A stretch of DNA of 62,203 nt, filler included, from an uncultured virus (IMG/VR IMGVR_UViG_2049941000_000192) (Duplodnaviria > Heunggongvirae > Uroviricota > Caudoviricetes). It is 8 parts of one record of this genome, joined end to end, with 100 filler letters (N's around TTAATTAATTAA, not from the genome) between each part and the next. Parts side by side here need not be neighbours in the genome. Positions count along the whole stretch, not along the records: positions 38,724 to 62,203 come from IMGVR_UViG_2049941000_000192; 7 more parts are not named here. One strand, given 5' to 3'. The notes beneath the pieces were generated by a model. The model did no database searches and was not told where the DNA came from. It worked only from the letters and a program-made list of their open reading frames with translations. A program made the position numbers and the translations under genes. This document shows positions 61,294 through 62,203 of the stretch, in pieces. Numbering within the stretch: the stretch's first letter is position 1; each line of letters begins with the position of its first letter.

Positions 61294-61758
61294 AGTGCTA
61301 ACCGTATGTGATGCCGTGGATATACTTCTTTAAGACGTTGCACTGCTTCGAGACACGTTTGCGGCGCAACTGTATACACGGCAACGACTTTGCCGGTGCG
61401 TTTTACTGTTACTGTGATTGTCATGCCATTCCCCTTTCATAGATGTTGGTTAACGTATAATGCCGACCATATTGAGCTGTCGCTACGATACGCTTCGTCG
61501 CTACGTTCGTCAGTGTACATTTATAGTCTTGATACTTGTACGCAACCGCACGAATGATTACGCCAATACGACTTGGGTCGTCGATCGAGACAATCTGTTC
61601 TACCGTCGTGTTATTAAACGCGGCGATACATTTCAACGTAAGCACATACGTCATATCGTAGTCCTTTGATACAGGTAGCAAATTACTACCCTATTGTGCC
61701 CAACACGAGCTAGGCACGATAGGATAGTAGCGATATATTTCAATCGCTACTAGTTGTA

Positions 61759-62046
61759 TTAGATGCGCTTCAGACCCAAAGCTGCGAGTTCGTCATCCGT
61801 CATGGTACGAACACGAGATTTGACCTGCTGCTCTTTCGTCTGGCCATGAGCTCCGAATGTGGTCATGATTTCGTCGTTCGTGTAACCAGACTTTTTCATG
61901 GTCATGATGGATGACAGCGAAACACATTTCAGCCATGCCATTTCGTTGTTGCTGAGCGTCTCGAAGTATTTAGTAGACAGTTCTTCGAACTTAGCGTCGA
62001 TTTTTGCTTTGATGGTTTTGAGCTGTTCTTCGTTATAATGAAACAT
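61759..62046 (-). CDS. Paralog of the 58606..58971 HTH protein
   Basis: KFEEL...SNNEMAWLKCVSLSSI...VKSRVRTMTDDELAALGL aligns with RFEEL...SINDIAQLAGVSHGSI...VKSLLDSMTPEQKAAFLAQLGL. Confidence 0.55.
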   Translation of the reverse strand: MFHYNEEQLKTIKAKIDAKFEELSTKYFETLSNNEMAWLKCVSLSSIMTMKKSGYTNDEIMTTFGAHGQTKEQQVKSRVRTMTDDELAALGLKRI

Positions 62047-62203
62047 AGTAATAGTCCTTTATATAATGAACTCAACAAATTCNNNNNNNNNNTGACGGAA
62101 CAACAAACCGTGCGCTGTTACTTCAATACCGGTCAGAATGTTTAACATCCAGTTCTGACCATCGTCACTGAATATTGCATACAGACCGATGTTATTCGGG
62201 TGC

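Noticed and set aside
39963..62046. Stop-codon reassignment in phage B
   Set aside because: Genes are full length and tightly packed under the standard code
3640..62203. Many near-identical duplicated segments (e.g. 3640-3690, 5027-5102, 15720-15836, 16695-17002, 25371-25667, 39854-39952, 50866-51347, 62093-62203) that could look like tandem repeats or DGR template repeats
   Set aside because: Each is bounded by N gaps, and those inspected differ by scattered, largely synonymous, non-adenine-specific SNPs; consistent with strain-variant assembly bubbles
1..62203. A single phage with two capsids, two portals and two terminases
   Set aside because: The two sets differ in base composition and promoter motifs and never share a gap-free contig; two co-binned phages is simpler
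1..62203. CRISPR array, reverse transcriptase, integrase or invertase
   Set aside because: No regularly spaced repeats and no YxDD RT or recombinase catalytic motifs recognised in the available sequence; gaps could hide them
1..62203. Naming a host genus
   Set aside because: P22-like architecture and a lipoprotein suggest a Gram-negative host, but nothing in the window fixes the taxon; CRISPR-spacer or prophage matches would be needed

Overview
This window is not one contiguous genome. It is a gap-joined pseudomolecule of many short contigs, separated by N runs and by seven TTAATTAATTAA six-frame-stop linkers. Many contigs are near-duplicate strain alleles. It mixes two distinct P22-like (short-tailed) phages. 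Phage A is GC-rich: ParB-methylase, TerS/TerL, portal, scaffold, coat, gp4/gp10-like tail proteins, ejection proteins, MuF-like protein, tailspike, glycosyltransferases, holin-like protein, DUF5675-like lysin and SSB. Phage B is more AT-rich: its own scaffold, coat, portal, TerL, gp4/gp10-like and ejection proteins, plus DNA polymerase, SF3 helicase, YqaJ nuclease, HNH and a J-domain protein. One stray bacterial sugar-ABC-permease fragment is also present. The most notable biology is in phage B: an operon of dUTPase-fold pyrophosphatase, T4-gp42-type dCMP hydroxymethylase and DNA polymerase, which points to a modified-cytosine genome in a small P22-like phage. Also notable: two unrelated proteins share an N-terminal YKMxKAFGRA tag; six copies of a phage promoter motif; recurring RNA hairpins and a D-armless tRNA-like element; a BspA/LRR tail protein whose alleles differ only non-synonymously over 65 codons; and tail/glycosyltransferase cassettes that appear interchangeable around a shared holin-like gene. 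Family calls come from motif recognition by eye, not database searches. Assignment of contigs to phage A or B rests on base composition and overlaps.
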